Positions 11,985 through 24,889 of a DNA stretch of 64,000 bases are shown one piece after another. The position numbers and the translations under genes are program-made. Origin of the DNA: Mobula hypostoma (lineage: Eukaryota); the NCBI RefSeq assembly GCF_963921235.1, contig NC_086098.1, positions 100,812,001-100,876,000 on the forward strand, in the 5' to 3' direction. Below the pieces are notes generated by a model, which had not been told where the DNA came from, did no database searches, and saw only the letters and a program-made list of their open reading frames with translations. The first letter of the stretch is position 1; every line of letters begins with the position of its first letter.

Positions 11985-13750
11985 AGTGAAAAGAATCAGA
12001 GTGGACAGCTATGTGCAGAGCCAAAAGAGATGGGGGGAGATTCTGAACAATTTCTTTTCTTCGGTATTCTCTAAGGAGAAGGATATTGAATTGTGTAAGG
12101 TAAGGGAAACAGGTAGGGAAGTTATGGAAACTATGATGATTAAAGAAGAGGAAGTACTGGCACGTTTAAGGAATATAAAAGTGGATACGTCTCCGGGTCC
12201 TGACAGGATATTCCCTAGGACCTTGAGGGAAGTTAGTGTGGAAATAGCAGGGGCTCTGACAGAAATATTTCAAATGTCATTAGAAATGTGGATGGTGCCG
12301 GAGGATTGGTGTATTGCTCATGTGGTTCCATTGTTTAAAAAGGGTTCTAAGAGTAAACCTAGCAATTATTGGCCTGTGAGTTTGACGTCAGTGGTGGGTA
12401 AATTGATGGAAAGTATTCTTAGAGATGGTATATATATTTATCTAGATAAACAGGGTCTGATTAGGAACAATCAACATGGATTTGTGCGTGGAAGGTCATG
12501 TTTGACAAATCTTATTGAACTTTTTGAAGAGGTTACTAGGAAAGTTGATGAGGATAAAGCGGTGGATGTTGTCTATTTGGACCAGTAACGCCCTTGACAA
12601 GGTTCCACACAGAAGGTTAATTAGGAAGATCCAATCATTAGGTATTAATATTGAAATAGTGAAATGGATTCAGCAGTGGCTGGATGGGAGACGCCTGAGA
12701 CTAGTGGTGGATAACTGTTTGTCAGATTGGAGGCCGGTGACTAGTGGTGTGCCTCAGGGATCTGTACTGGATCCAGTGTTGTTTGTCATATACATTAATG
12801 GTATGGATGATGGGGTTGTAAATTGGATTAGTAAGTATGCAGATGATACTAAGATAGGTAGAGTTGTGGATAATGAAGTAGGTTTTCAAAGCTTGCAGAG
12901 AGCTTTAGGCCAGTTAGAAGAGTGGGCTGAAAGATGGCAGATGGAGTGTAATGCTGATAAATGTGAGGTGCTACATTTTGGTAGGACTAATCAAAATAGG
13001 ACATACATGGTAAATGGTAGGGCATTGAAGAATGCAGTAGGACAGAGGGATCTAGGAATAATGGTGCATAGCTCCCTGAAGGTGGAATCTCATGTGGATA
13101 GGGTGGTGAAGAAAGCTTTTGGTATGCTGGCCTTTATAAATCAGAGGGTTGAGTATAAGAGTTGGGATGTAATATTGAAGTTGTACAAGGCACTGTTAAG
13201 ACCAAATGTGGAGTATTGTGTACAGTTCTGGTCACCAAATTATAAGAAAGATGTCAACAAAATAGAGAGAGTACTGAGAAGATTTACTAGAATGTTGCCT
13301 GGGTTTCATCACCTAAGTTACAGAGAAAAGTTGAACAAGTTGTGTCTTTATTCTTTGGAGCATAGAAGGTTGAGGGGGAACTTGATAGAGGTATTTAAAA
13401 TTATGAGGGGGATAGATAGAGTTGATGTGGATAGGCTTTTTCCATTGAGAGCAGCGGAGATTCAAACAAGAGGACATGAGTTGAGAGTTAAAGGGCAAAT
13501 GTTTAGGGGTAACATGAGGGGGAACTTTACTCAGAGGGTGGTAGCTGTGTGGAACGAGCTTCCAGCAGAAGTAGTTGAGGCAGGTTCAATGTTGTCATTT
13601 AAAGTTAAATTGGATAGATATATGGACAGGAAAGGAATGAAGGATTATGGGCTGAGTGCAGGTCGGTGGGACTAGGTGAGAGTAAGCGTTTGCCATGGAC
13701 TAGAAGGGCCGAGATGGCCTCTTTCCATGCTGTAATTGTTATATGGTTAT
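11985..13750 (+). mobile_element. Young 5'-truncated CR1 LINE; ORF2 RT nearly intact (frameshift near 12583)
   Basis: ORFs 11917-12588 and 12515-13675: SPGPDRIFPR, NYWPVSLTSVVGKLME, QHGFVRGRSCLTNL, GVPQGSVL, KYADD. Tail 'gctgtaattgttatatggttata'. Confidence 0.97.
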
Positions 13751-15491
13751 AATTGTAAAATGTCCTACCCACATTCTACACCTCCATTTATATTTTGACT
13801 TGTTGGTAATGATCAGGCCCTAATCTGCCCATCATTATGTGTGTTTGAGTTTGCTTTTATGTATTCTCTTTTGGTGACAAAGTGAAGGGTTATAACAGGT
13901 TTTGGACCTGAAAATTTAACTCTGATGCTTTGAGCATTTTAAAATGTGCTTTGCTCACGTTACTATTGGATTTTCTCCTAATTTTTCTATAAATATCCAA
14001 TCTTTTTCTTGTAATAAGTTCTCCGTTCCTTTGGAAAAAGCAATGTATGGAAGGACCCTTGGAAGCACTGAAGAATGAAGTACAAAGATCTTTTTAGGTT
14101 AGGTGCCAGGTCAACAAGGCAGACAAAAACGTAGATGGGATACTTGCTTTCAGTAACCAAGGGCAGCAAATAAGTGCAGTCAACTTAGGGTACAACATTA
14201 CAAAATATTAGTCAGCCCTTAGTTGACGTTCTGTGTACATTTCCAGTCATCACACAATGGGAAGGATGTGATCACACTGGACAGTGTGAAATAACCTCCT
14301 GTTGAATACCAAGGCTTCCTCACATTGTGAACGTGGTAATGATCTCAAACAATGCTATATTCACCAGTGAAGCATGACATATGCTGTCTACCATTTTCAA
14401 ATATCTTCACTTTCACAGTCAGGACTGCCACGGCACAAGTGCAAGGCTGCTACCTTATCCACAGAAGATGATAAATGTTTGAGCCAATTTTCTGGCCGTT
14501 CATAGCTGTGTGAATTGTACACAGACATATTTGATAAGGTGGGGCTGAAAGCTGATGGTATGATAATATGCAAACTTTAAAGTCTGTATGTGTTGATCAC
14601 AATAGTATAATCATATCCTTCACTATGTTACAGTGTACTCACTCTAATGGCAATGCTCATTTCTTTCACTGTGTTGCAGTATGTTGCTCTTTAAAAAATA
14701 ATTACAGAGAGCAAATCAATTTCTGGACCACAGATAGATGGATTGATTAATGCAGCAGGGCTTTGGAGAATATCTGAGGAAAGATCCTAAATTTAAAATC
14801 TGTTTAACCAGGTCTGGATATCTAATCATTTTAGTCATTTCCCATTTTGTACTCACTCTTTATATTTACTGCAATTGTTTGCAGAAGGAATTCCACCAGT
14901 TCTGTGGCAGTTTGTAAGTGTGTACCAGGGACCGAATAGAATCTTTGGCTGCAGAGGAGACTTTAGTATTCAGACGTTCTCCCCCATAACAAGCGTGCTC
15001 TGTGTTGTAAATGGGAAACAGAATCTGCTGCAGTGAGATGTGGAGAATGGCTTATCTAAATGTAGATGGAATTGTTAATTTAGCAATGAATAGAGGCTTT
15101 AAAACTCAAAAGGCATATATTGTGAAGGGCAATAAGAGTTAATTAGTTCCTTAAGAAGCCGTGTTACTTCTTGGCTTCTGCTGGGTCCTAAAAATCACCA
15201 TGTTTTGACAGCTTGAACAATTGCTGGTGTATTCCAAGCAAGTTCAGCTATCACCTATCACTGTCCCTTACACTTTACTAGACATATTTTATGGTTAAGC
15301 TAACGTGGTTGACACTGTTTAAGAATTCCATTAATGAGGTGAACTGTGTTTCCCAGAACTAACAGTATTTTTTAGAAAATCTTTAACATAAACTCTGCTT
15401 GCTCTTTAATACCACAACATATTACAGCAAAATTTTGATTACTCATTACATGATTGTTCAGGTATCCAAGTGATTCAGCATCTGGTTCTTT

Positions 15492-15833
15492 GAGGCTTCC
15501 TATCCCACTGTTCATTTAAACTCAATTCGGGCTTTTCCCCGCATGGCTTTTAAACTGATCCAGGCCCATTTCCCATGCTCCTTTTCAGTATCATAGGCCT
15601 CCGTCCTATGCTCCTTGTAAATTAACCATAGTCCTGATTACAATGTTCCTTTTAAACTCACCGGGACCCCATTTCCCCCAAGTGCTTTTAAACACAACAC
15701 AGCCCCTTCTCGGTGCTCCTTGAAACTTATGAGGCTTCATTTTTTTGTGCTTCTTTTAAACTCATGCATGCCCCTTTTGCAAAACTCCTGAACTTACCAG
15801 GTCATGGTTTCCATGCTCTTTTTACACTCATCA
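15492..15833. repeat. Degenerate minisatellite, ~10 units of ~33-37 bp
   Basis: Recurring 'ggccc.tttccc..tgctcctttt-aaactca' motif at regular spacing. Confidence 0.65.
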
Positions 15834-17128
15834 AACACATCAGAATACTTAATACACTGCTGTTATCATCTTTCAAAATATTGAATTAAAAGGGTGTTGC
15901 AATATTAACCAAGGTATCATCCAACTGTCTGGAATGTCTTCCTTTTGGACAATGCCAGAATCTGGAGGTTGAATGCTTTAAAATACTCCATTCAAAACAG
16001 GGCAGAAGATAACAACCTGAAGTAAAATCGAAAGTGCTGCATTTGCTTTGCAGACCATTGAATATTGTCAGTGGTGAATTGGATAGAATTTTGGCTCATA
16101 AGGGAGTTGAGGGCTTTAGAAATCAGCTGGGAAGTGAAAGGCAAAGTTGGATCAATAACAATCTTACAGAATGATGGTGCAGGCGGAAGTCCAGGACTGG
16201 GCCACTCCTCTTTGTTACCTGTGCTCTTTTGTCATAAAGAGGAATTGTCTTACTTACTGAGTTTTTCCAGCATTTTCAGTTTTTCATTGATACTAAGATT
16301 TATTTCTGAAGTGGCTGATGCAGTACCTTCAATCCTGTCCCAGTGGAAAAGAGGGGAGTAAAGAGTTTGATTAACTGATTGGATGACAGCAAGGCCATGG
16401 TTCTAGACTACTGACTGAGACAGAAAACCCCAAATGATAATATCATTTAAATAATAATAAGCAAATGATTTATTATTTTGTTTTCAGTGTGATTGGAATA
16501 GCAACAGAACTCAAGATATAACAACTGACTTATTACGTAGTCATTTATTCCAGGCAGCAGCTCACACATGACCAGGTTCAGTGAACTGAATCTCACAACT
16601 TGCCTTGGAGGGATTAAAATTTAATTTTGATGGAAAAGGAAAATATTCATTGTTTATAATGGATGGTGCACCACAATCAGTCGTTCAATGCCCCTGGTAG
16701 TCTCACAATTTCTGGATTGCTCCTGTAGTAATGTGAATGCTTTAATGCTATGTTACGTAGATTTCACGAGTTGTAGTTTCCTAATGTGACACATTGTGCA
16801 GTTCAGTCAGTGTCTCCATCACTTTCTGGTTTTGCTTCTGAGTTGTTGAGTTTAACTCAATGGACATTCTGTGTCGAGCTGATTAAATCAAGAAGTACAA
16901 ATATTCACATACATCACATTTAAATATTAATAGTTCAACTGAAATCAATGTCTCTATAAAATGTTGGACAGACCTCTGCTGGAATATAATAGTGTGCTCT
17001 CGTCCCAACAGATACCAGAGGGCACAGTTCTAAGGTGTTTGGAAGAAGGTACATGGGCGATGTCAGAGGTAAGTTTTTATGGAGGTGGGTACGATAAGGT
17101 CATTTAAGAGGCTCCTGGATAGTTACAT

Positions 17129-18827
17129 AAACACAAAATACACCTCCATTCCCCATCAAGAAGGCCTCAAAGCCCTCCACTACTTTCTGGATAATAGACC
17201 TCACCAGTTCCCCACCACCACTACCCTCCTCCAGTTGGCGAAACTGGTTCTCACACTCAATAACTTCTCTTTTGGCTCTTCCCACTTTCTTCAGACTAAG
17301 GGTGTAGACATGGGTACTCGCATCGGCCCTAGCTATGCCTGCCTCTTCGTTGGTTATGTGGAACAGTCTGTGCTCCAAACCTATTCTGGTACTGCTCCCC
17401 AATTTTTCCTTCGGTACATTGACGACTACATTGGTGCTGATTCCTGCGCCCATGCTGAGATCGTCAATTTCATCGACTTTACTTCTAACTTCCACCCAGC
17501 CCTCAAATTCACTTGGTCTATCTCTGACACTTCTCTCCCCTGTCTCGATCTCTTGGTCTCCATCTTTGGAGACAGACTGTCCACTGACATCTTCTACAAG
17601 CCCAGTGACTCTCATAACTACCTCAACTGTACCTCTTCCCACCCCGCCACACGCAAAAATGCCATTCCCTATTCCCAGATCCTCCTTCTCCGCCGCATCT
17701 GCTCCAAGGATGAGGTTTTCCGTTCCAGGACATCTCAAATGTCCTCTTTCTTTAAGGATTGTGGTTTCCTTTCTGCTGTCATCAATGATGCCCTCACCCG
17801 CATCTCCTCCATTTCCCGCACTTTGACTCTCACCCCATCCTCCCACTACCACAACAGGGACAGAGTTCCCCTTGTCCTCACCTACCACCCCACTAGCCTC
17901 TGGATCCAGCACATTATCCTCCGCAACTTCCGCCACATTCAACAGGACCCCACTACTAAGCACGTCTTTCCCTCTCCACCCCTCTCCACTTTCCGCGGGG
18001 ATCAGTCGCTCCGCGACTCCCTGATCCACACGACCCTCCCCATGGATCTCCCATCCGGCACTTATCCCTGTAAGCGCAAGTGCTACACCTGTCCCTACAC
18101 CTCCTCTCTTGCCACCATTCAGGGCCCCAAACAGTACTTCCAAGTGAGGCAACACTTCACTTGTGAGTCTGTTGGGGTCATCTATTGCATCCGGTGCTCC
18201 CGGTGCGGCCTCCTCTACATCAGTGAAACCCGACGCAGATTGGGGGACCGCTTCATCGAGCACATCCGTTCCATCCGCCACAACAGACAGGATCTCTCAG
18301 TAGCCACCACTTCAACTCTGCTTTCCACTCCCATTCAGATATGTCCATACATGGCCTCCTCTACTGCCATGATGAGGCTAAACTCAGGTTGGAGGAGCAA
18401 CACCTCATATACCATCTAGGTAGTCTCCAGCCCCTTGGTATGAACATAGAATTCTCCAGCTTCCGGTAACTCCCTCCCGCCCCCTTCTTCTATCCCTATG
18501 TCACTCTGCTCGCTCCCCCAGCTGCCTACCTCCTCCCTCATGGTTCCGCCTCCTTCTACTACCCATTGTGTTTTCCCCTATTCCTTCTTCACCTTTCCTA
18601 CCTATCACCTCCCTGCTTCCCCTTCCCCACCCCTTTATCTTTCCCCTTACTAGTTTTTCACCTGGAACCTACCAGCTTTCTCCTTCCCACCCTCCCCCCA
18701 CCTTCTTTGTAGGGCCTCTGCCCCTTCTGTCTTCAGTCCTGACGAAGGGTTCCAGCCCGAAATGTCGATCGATCTTTTCCACGGATGCTGCCTGACTTGC
18801 TGAATTCCTCCAGCGTGTTGTGAGTGT
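17129..18827 (+). mobile_element. Penelope-like retroelement (Neptune clade): RT, Cys linker, GIY-YIG endonuclease, pLTR; 5'-truncated
   Basis: ORF 17079-18419: YTSIP, QTKGVDMGTRIGPSYACLFV, FLRYIDD, PCKRKCYTC, VIYCIRCSRCGLLYISET. Frameshift near 18305. 13-bp TSD TGGATAGTTACAT at 17116-17128 and 18828-18840. Confidence 0.95.
18733..18772 (+). ncRNA. Minimal type I hammerhead ribozyme motif in the PLE pLTR
   Basis: tcagtc-CTGACGA-a-gggt(tcca)gccc-GAAA-t-GTC-gatcga: CUGANGA and GAAA core, stem II, GUC cleavage triplet, imperfect stem I. Confidence 0.75.
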
Positions 18828-19179
18828 TGGATAGTTACATGGAGCTTAGAAGAATAGAGGGCTATGTGTAACCCTGAGTAATTTCTAAAGTAAGTACATG
18901 TTTGGCACAGCATCATGGGCCAAAGGACCTGTATGGCACTGTAGGTTTTCTGTTTCTATGAAATTTGACATTGTGTACATACCATAAGAGTTCAAAGAAA
19001 TTATTGAATTTTTAATGCAAACATGAATCAAAATTGTTGCATGAGTTTAGTATAATTATTTCTTGGAACAAGGACCCTAATTAAAGTAATTTATATTCCT
19101 GCAATACTTCTCGACTTTGGAGGCCTTGAATGAGGTTACTTGTATTGCATCACCCCAAAATAGCTGAATGACTCTGAGA

Positions 19180-19660
19180 GGCCTTCTCCACCACTGAGTA
19201 CATTTAAATGAAGTGCTGCCACAAGAAAGCAGCAGCTATAAATCAAAGACATCCACCATACAGGTCATGCCCTCTTCTCGCTAATACCATTAGATAGGGG
19301 GTAAGAAGTTATTGGCCCCAAACCATCAGGTTCAGGAACAGTCCTTTCCTTTATGCATATACTCCTGAACAGGCTTAGAGAACTTCATTCACCACTATTC
19401 TGCGCTGATTCTATGATCTAGAGTATCACTTTCAAGAACTCTTTATAACTCATGTTCTCAGCATCATTTTTATATGCACAGTTCATCTTCCTTTTTCCAA
19501 TGCCAAATTGCACATTGGCGTTTGTCAGCCTTTGTTCTGTATAGCTTCTCGTAAAATCCTACCATATTTCATTTTTCCTGCAAATGCCTATAAGTAAATG
19601 AATTGAAAGGTCGTGTATGGTAATATATGTGTACTTTGATAAAAAATTGCTTTGGAATTT
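19180..19660 (+). mobile_element. Degenerate Rex1/Babar 3' fragment
   Basis: KKAAA..IKDIHHTGHALFSL.P..R....RFRNS motifs and tandem tail. Confidence 0.65.
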
Positions 19661-21459
19661 GAACTCTGAGAGATCTTTTCAACGTTAAATAAACTTGTTT
19701 CCTTGATTTTGCTTTCTGATTTTCTTAGTAACAGAATTCTATTTCCCTGTCACTCTCTTTATTTAATTTTTAAAAAATCAACTTATTTCCTTCTCCATCT
19801 TCATTCCACATTCTTCCTCTATCATCATAATTAATTGGCTCAGGACATAGAACATTTTGGCTTTGTCATTCACTAAACTGTCTCCAGGATATTAAAAGAA
19901 AGCACTTCTAGTAATTTATGATGATGTGCAAGAAAATCAAGATAAGAATGCGTGAAATAAGGTGCCAGAAACCAACTAGTTCATGTTTATTTTTTTGTCT
20001 GAGGTACTGTCCCTCACTTAGTTGTTCTCTCAATTCTGGCAGATCTGTCTCTGAGATCAGAAAAGCTTGTGGAAATTCATGTGCACATATCACACTGCAG
20101 CACCGTCACAATATCCCAACTAACAGGCAATAACTGGTGAAGCTCTGAATACCAATAAAAGGCCACAATATGATTGTGAAACAGAAAGAATTGGATTTAT
20201 TAAAATAAATTGGGGCTTAATTTGTTTAGCAGAATCAATTGAATTACCCTGAGGTATCTCTTTACATTTTTATTTGTCATGTTAATCCAATATTATTGAA
20301 CGAGTTCTAATGTAAGTGTTTAAACACGATAACAATCTTTAAGTGCAAATTTGAGTGATTGCACTTTAGTACAAACAAGATGGCATGTTACAAATGAAGG
20401 GTTGGATAACCTTCTTAAATCATTATCTTTCGAAGCCATAAATTATTGCTCTTATGGAGAAGTTGCAAGTATTTCAAGATTAATATAACACATTTGATAA
20501 TTCATTCTGAAACTGATGACTGTTCAAAGTGCCCAGGGTTCTGCCAGTGCACAGAGTTGTATTTACAATAACGGATGGACAGGATTCTCTCTGAGATGTT
20601 GTACAGTGCTCACCAGTTGATTCATTTTGCAATAAGAGAAGAAGATTTTGGAGTTCCAGAAGGAGTAGAAATATTCTACAGCACATGTTAAGATACAGAC
20701 ATCAATTAGTTATGATTTTAAATCAAAAACCCTCCTTTGGAATAGAAGTGAAGATGAATTATATGAATTGTGGTTGAGTACCATCATAACAGTTGGAGAT
20801 AGGATAGAAAGAATGTTGTTGACCTACTTCATTCCAGCTTTCATCCTGTCATAGTCTTTGGCTGACTTTGCCTTAATTTTACCTGTGCCATTCAGATCTG
20901 TGATTCACTTACCAATATCCTTTAATGTAAATCTTCTACCCTCATTCTTTCACTCAACCTTCCATACAATCTCCAGCTACGAGTATTCCATTTACTAGCC
21001 CTTTTGAGTGCTTTCCATGACTGGAAACAACTGGCTTCACCCAAAGTTAAAAGAAATGTTTAAAGTAAATTTATTGTCAAAGTGCATATCATTCTTTTGT
21101 TATATGCCATGTCATATGACATAGGCGATCATGGTCTTACCATGACCATAATTGGTCTGGGCAACTTTTTCTGCAGAAGAGGTTTGCCATTGACTTCCTC
21201 TGGGCAGTGTCTTTACAAGATGATTGACCCAATCATTATCAATACCTTTCAGAGATTGTCTCTCTGGTGTCCCCCTCAAATCTCCTTTTGTAACTCCATT
21301 AGCAACATTTTTCATCTCCCATTCTTACACAATGAACTCAGAATTCAGAATTGGAGTTCTCTTGAAGCTTTATAACCACAAAAACATATTGAAACCCTTT
21401 AAAATATTTCATAAAATAATTTACGTTGAAAGTGGAATGACAATTTATAAATTATATAT

Positions 21460-21730
21460 TGAGATACAGCATGGAGTAGCCCCTTCTGGTCTTCAAGCCT
21501 GAACATCCAGCAATCCCCCGATTTAACTGAGCCTAATTAGGGGACAATTTACAAGGACCAATTAACCTCCCAACTGGTATGTCTTTGGACTGTGGGAGAA
21601 AACCAGACCATGTGGAGGAAACCCACACAGTCACCGGAAGAACGTGCAAACTCCTTGCAGGCAGTGGTGGGATTTGAACCTTGGTCGCCTGTATGTAAAG
21701 TGCTGTGCTAACCACTACACTAGTGTACCA
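21460..21730 (-). mobile_element. V-SINE/HE1-like SINE
   Basis: Minus strand A/B boxes 'gtgtagtggttagc...ggttcaaatccc' and core 'ggagtttgcacgttcttccggtgactgtgtgggtttcctcc'. Confidence 0.8.
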
Positions 21731-23004
21731 CTATGTACAGCTAAGGTGACAAATGTTATTCAGGATATGCATTCAGTAAAATTGAAGCCCATTGGGTATA
21801 CAGTTCATTGGATGTATATCAGTACTGGATGAACAGCATATACCAGAGATGTTAAGTTTAGTGTATTATATAGAATTTGTAGCTGAGAGGACTAGAAAAG
21901 GAATAGATTTACTTGGTTAACTCTAACAAAGAATCTTAACTGTACAGCAAAGAGAAGAATGTTTGGTTGGTCTACTGACTGGGAAGAACTAGCTAAAGCA
22001 AAAGACAAGAAGACCTTGATTTCAAACTTCAACAACCAGGATAGCAACTGAACTCAAACCATGACAGTCTAATTTATTTCATTGTAATTTATTCCTCGCA
22101 CTGGCTTCTCACAAGACCAGGTTTATTAAAGTGAATTGCACAACTTTCTACAGTGAGATAAATTTAAGTTCAATTGAAAGAAGAGAATGCGTATTCATTA
22201 TTAATGATAATAAACTATAACAAACAAAAGAAAATTGCTGTAGTATATCTGAAACTTCAACTGATGCTGACAGCTGTACTCAAGCCTTTGGTTATCTTGC
22301 TTCGTCCCTATGAAGACAGCTTCTTTCAGTCTTTAGTGTAGTACTCCTGGACTTGCAAATATGATAACTAGAATTCTCAGAGGGTACATCCACTAACGGT
22401 GCATCAGCTATAATTGTCATTCGTTTAAGCATGGTCACAGGAAGTACAACATGACTAAAAGGGTCAAATTTCTGCAGAACCATTCAACATTACATTAGAC
22501 AGTTACTGACGTATGTCTTAAAAAATGAACTCTGCTTCTCTCTCTGCAGAAGCTATATGTGCTATTGAGTATATCCAGCATTGTCTGTTTGTGTTTTTGA
22601 TTTTTTTCTATCTGCTGTATTGTTACCTCAGTGAGAATGTGTGTACAAGTGAATAGTCAATCTACCAATCTTGGATCCAGAACTTGCCAGCCATTTACCC
22701 ATTGCCCTGAAATGGGTGCACTATAATGGGAAGGGAAGTGCAGAAGAGATCATTGTTAAGAGGGACAAAACTAGCTGGGAAATTAAAGTCAAAAAGTATT
22801 TTAATTTTTGTTCTGATTAAGTTAGGAAGGCAAGCATCATGACAGCTGAGACTTACATGGCCTGCACCTTATTCTGAGACCATGACTCCTGGTTCCAGTC
22901 TGCCAATTTCAGGAGAAAAATCAGCACTTATTCCAGAATTTTCTGAATTGGGAATCAGGTTTATTATCACAGAAATTTTGTAGGTTTCTGTGTAATTTCC
23001 TCTT

Positions 23005-23470
23005 GGAGTCATAGAGTTATAAAACACTACAGCATAGAAATAGGCTCTTCAACCCATCCAGTCCATGCTGAGCTGCCTAGTTCCATCGACCCACACCTGG
23101 AACATAGCCCTCCATACCCTCCCATCAAGGTACTTACCCACATTTCTCTTAAAAATTGAAATTTAACCCGCTTCCACTGTTACACATTTTCACCACGCTC
23201 TAAATGAAGAGTACCCCCTAAGGTTTCCCTTAAATATTTCACCTTTCACTCTCTTGTTCTTCTAAACCTCAGAAAATACAGGCCGAGTATATTCAACCTC
23301 TCCTTGTATAGTAATACTTGGAACCAGTGCAGTAATTCTTTGCTACAGTCCCTCCACTGTGCTCTAGGAAAGGAAATTAAAACGACACAATACTCCAGGT
23401 GCCATCACACCAATATCCTTTGTAATTCCAATGAGGTATCTTTACTCCTGTTCTCAGATCTTCTTGTATT
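23005..23470 (-). mobile_element. Degenerate CR1 3' fragment
   Basis: Reverse complement of CR1 3' UTR and ORF2 end. Confidence 0.65.
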
Positions 23471-23534
23471 GAAATCTTTCATGGTGTTCACCTTCCACAC
23501 TAGATCATAACAACTATTTAGTTATTTCTTAATT

Positions 23535-23785
23535 TTGGTTTCCTTAAGTGCTTGGCAGAGGGCGCTGATGCTATTTGCTGGTGGGGATGGGGAGGAGGTG
23601 GTCATTGCCTTGCTGCTGCTTGTGCGTGGGAGGGGGGAACGGGGAGGAATTGGGGTTCTAACATTTAACGGTCATTCATTCTTTGGCGCACTCCTCTGTT
23701 TGCGTGTATGTTTGTGAAGAAAAAGAATTTCAGGATGTATATTGTATACACTTCTCTGACATTAAATGTACCTATTGAAACCTAA
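23535..23785 (+). repeat. 3' part of an unclassified interspersed repeat (copies at 29955-30630 and 48085-48765)
   Basis: Shared end 'gaatttcaggatgtatattgtatacac/attctctgacattaaatgtacc'. Confidence 0.75.
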
Positions 23786-24459
23786 GTGGGAGGTTTACCC
23801 TTTTTAATAATCAAGAAAGACAGAGAAGAACTCCACCCCAGCTCCTGTATTTAAATGTTTAAATATATCTGACCAGCTAATGCTGAGATTTTCTATATAC
23901 ACCTTCGGCATTTAAAACCTGGCTTGATCTTATGTATTTTCCTAGGGGATGCTGGTCTTTTAGCTTCCAGTATAGCTGTCTGAAGGATTGAATCTGTAAA
24001 GCATGAAACCCAGAATGAAGCCAAATAAATGGAGTTCCAGGTGATTAAAGACACAGAAGTAGTAGAGAAGATGGTCCTTTAAGCCTGTTTCTACTCTTCA
24101 AGAAGACTGTAGTCAATTTGGTGCTTCCAAGCTGTCCAATCCCCTTTTCATCTTGACCTTGATTATACCCAATGACTGAGCATTCACTGCACTCTGTATG
24201 AAAGTTCTGTAAGCTACTGCAAAGCATTTTATTGTACAAATAACACACAATCTAGATTTCTCTGTTTCTTGTTTTAACTAAGTCATAAATCCATTATAAA
24301 ATAAATAGGTTACTGCCTGTGTTAAACACTGCACATTAAACATCTATAAAATAGCACCAGTGAGAGTGATTTCCATGTTGTAATCTTATTTCAGCTGCAG
24401 TTATTTCAAATAATTTTGACATGACTTATTTCAAAACAGGAACCTAAGGCTTTTAGTCA

Positions 24460-24885
24460 CAGTCGCTGAATCATAGATGTACAGTATAGAGTATGGAAAC
24501 AGACTCTTCAACTCTACACCTCTGAGTCATCCAAGCTGCCTAACTGAACTGGTCCCACTTGCAGGCATTTAGCCCATGTCTCTCTAGAGCATTACTGTAC
24601 TTGAATCTGTCCAAATACATTCCAAATGTCATAACTGTACCTCTTCTTCTCAATTCTTTGTCCTACATTATATGCATCACCTACAGTATGAAAAGGTTTT
24701 CCCTCAGTTTTGAACTCCTCTACTCTAAGGGAAGAAATTGTGGCCTGGCCAGCCTCATATTATAAACCAAATCGTCCAGTCCAATTACACCCTCTCCAAT
24801 GTAATGACATCATCCCTAGAGCAGGGCAACCAGAACTGCATGCAGTACCCGAAATGTGGCCTTATCAGTGCCTTGTATAGCTGTG
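24460..24885 (-). mobile_element. Degenerate CR1 3' fragment
   Basis: 'ggcaaccagaactgcatgcagtacccgaaatgtggccttatcagtgccttgtatagc' is the antisense of LYKALIRPHFGYCMQFW. Confidence 0.7.
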
Positions 24886-24889
24886 TTCC

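Larger units (their letters stand above)
16960..18960 (+). mobile_element. CR1 3' fragment split by the PLE (pieces ~16960-17128 and 18828-18960)
   Basis: TRGHSSKVFGRRY..DVRGKFF / FKRLLDSY|MELRRIEGY, and tail 'gtaggttttctgtttctatg'. Confidence 0.85.

Noticed and set aside
15492-15833. CRISPR-like array
   Set aside because: Eukaryotic context, degenerate contiguous units without identical repeats and unique spacers, and no cas genes.
17100-18281. 393-aa minus-strand ORF
   Set aside because: Antisense shadow of the C-rich PLE ORF, with no recognisable domain.
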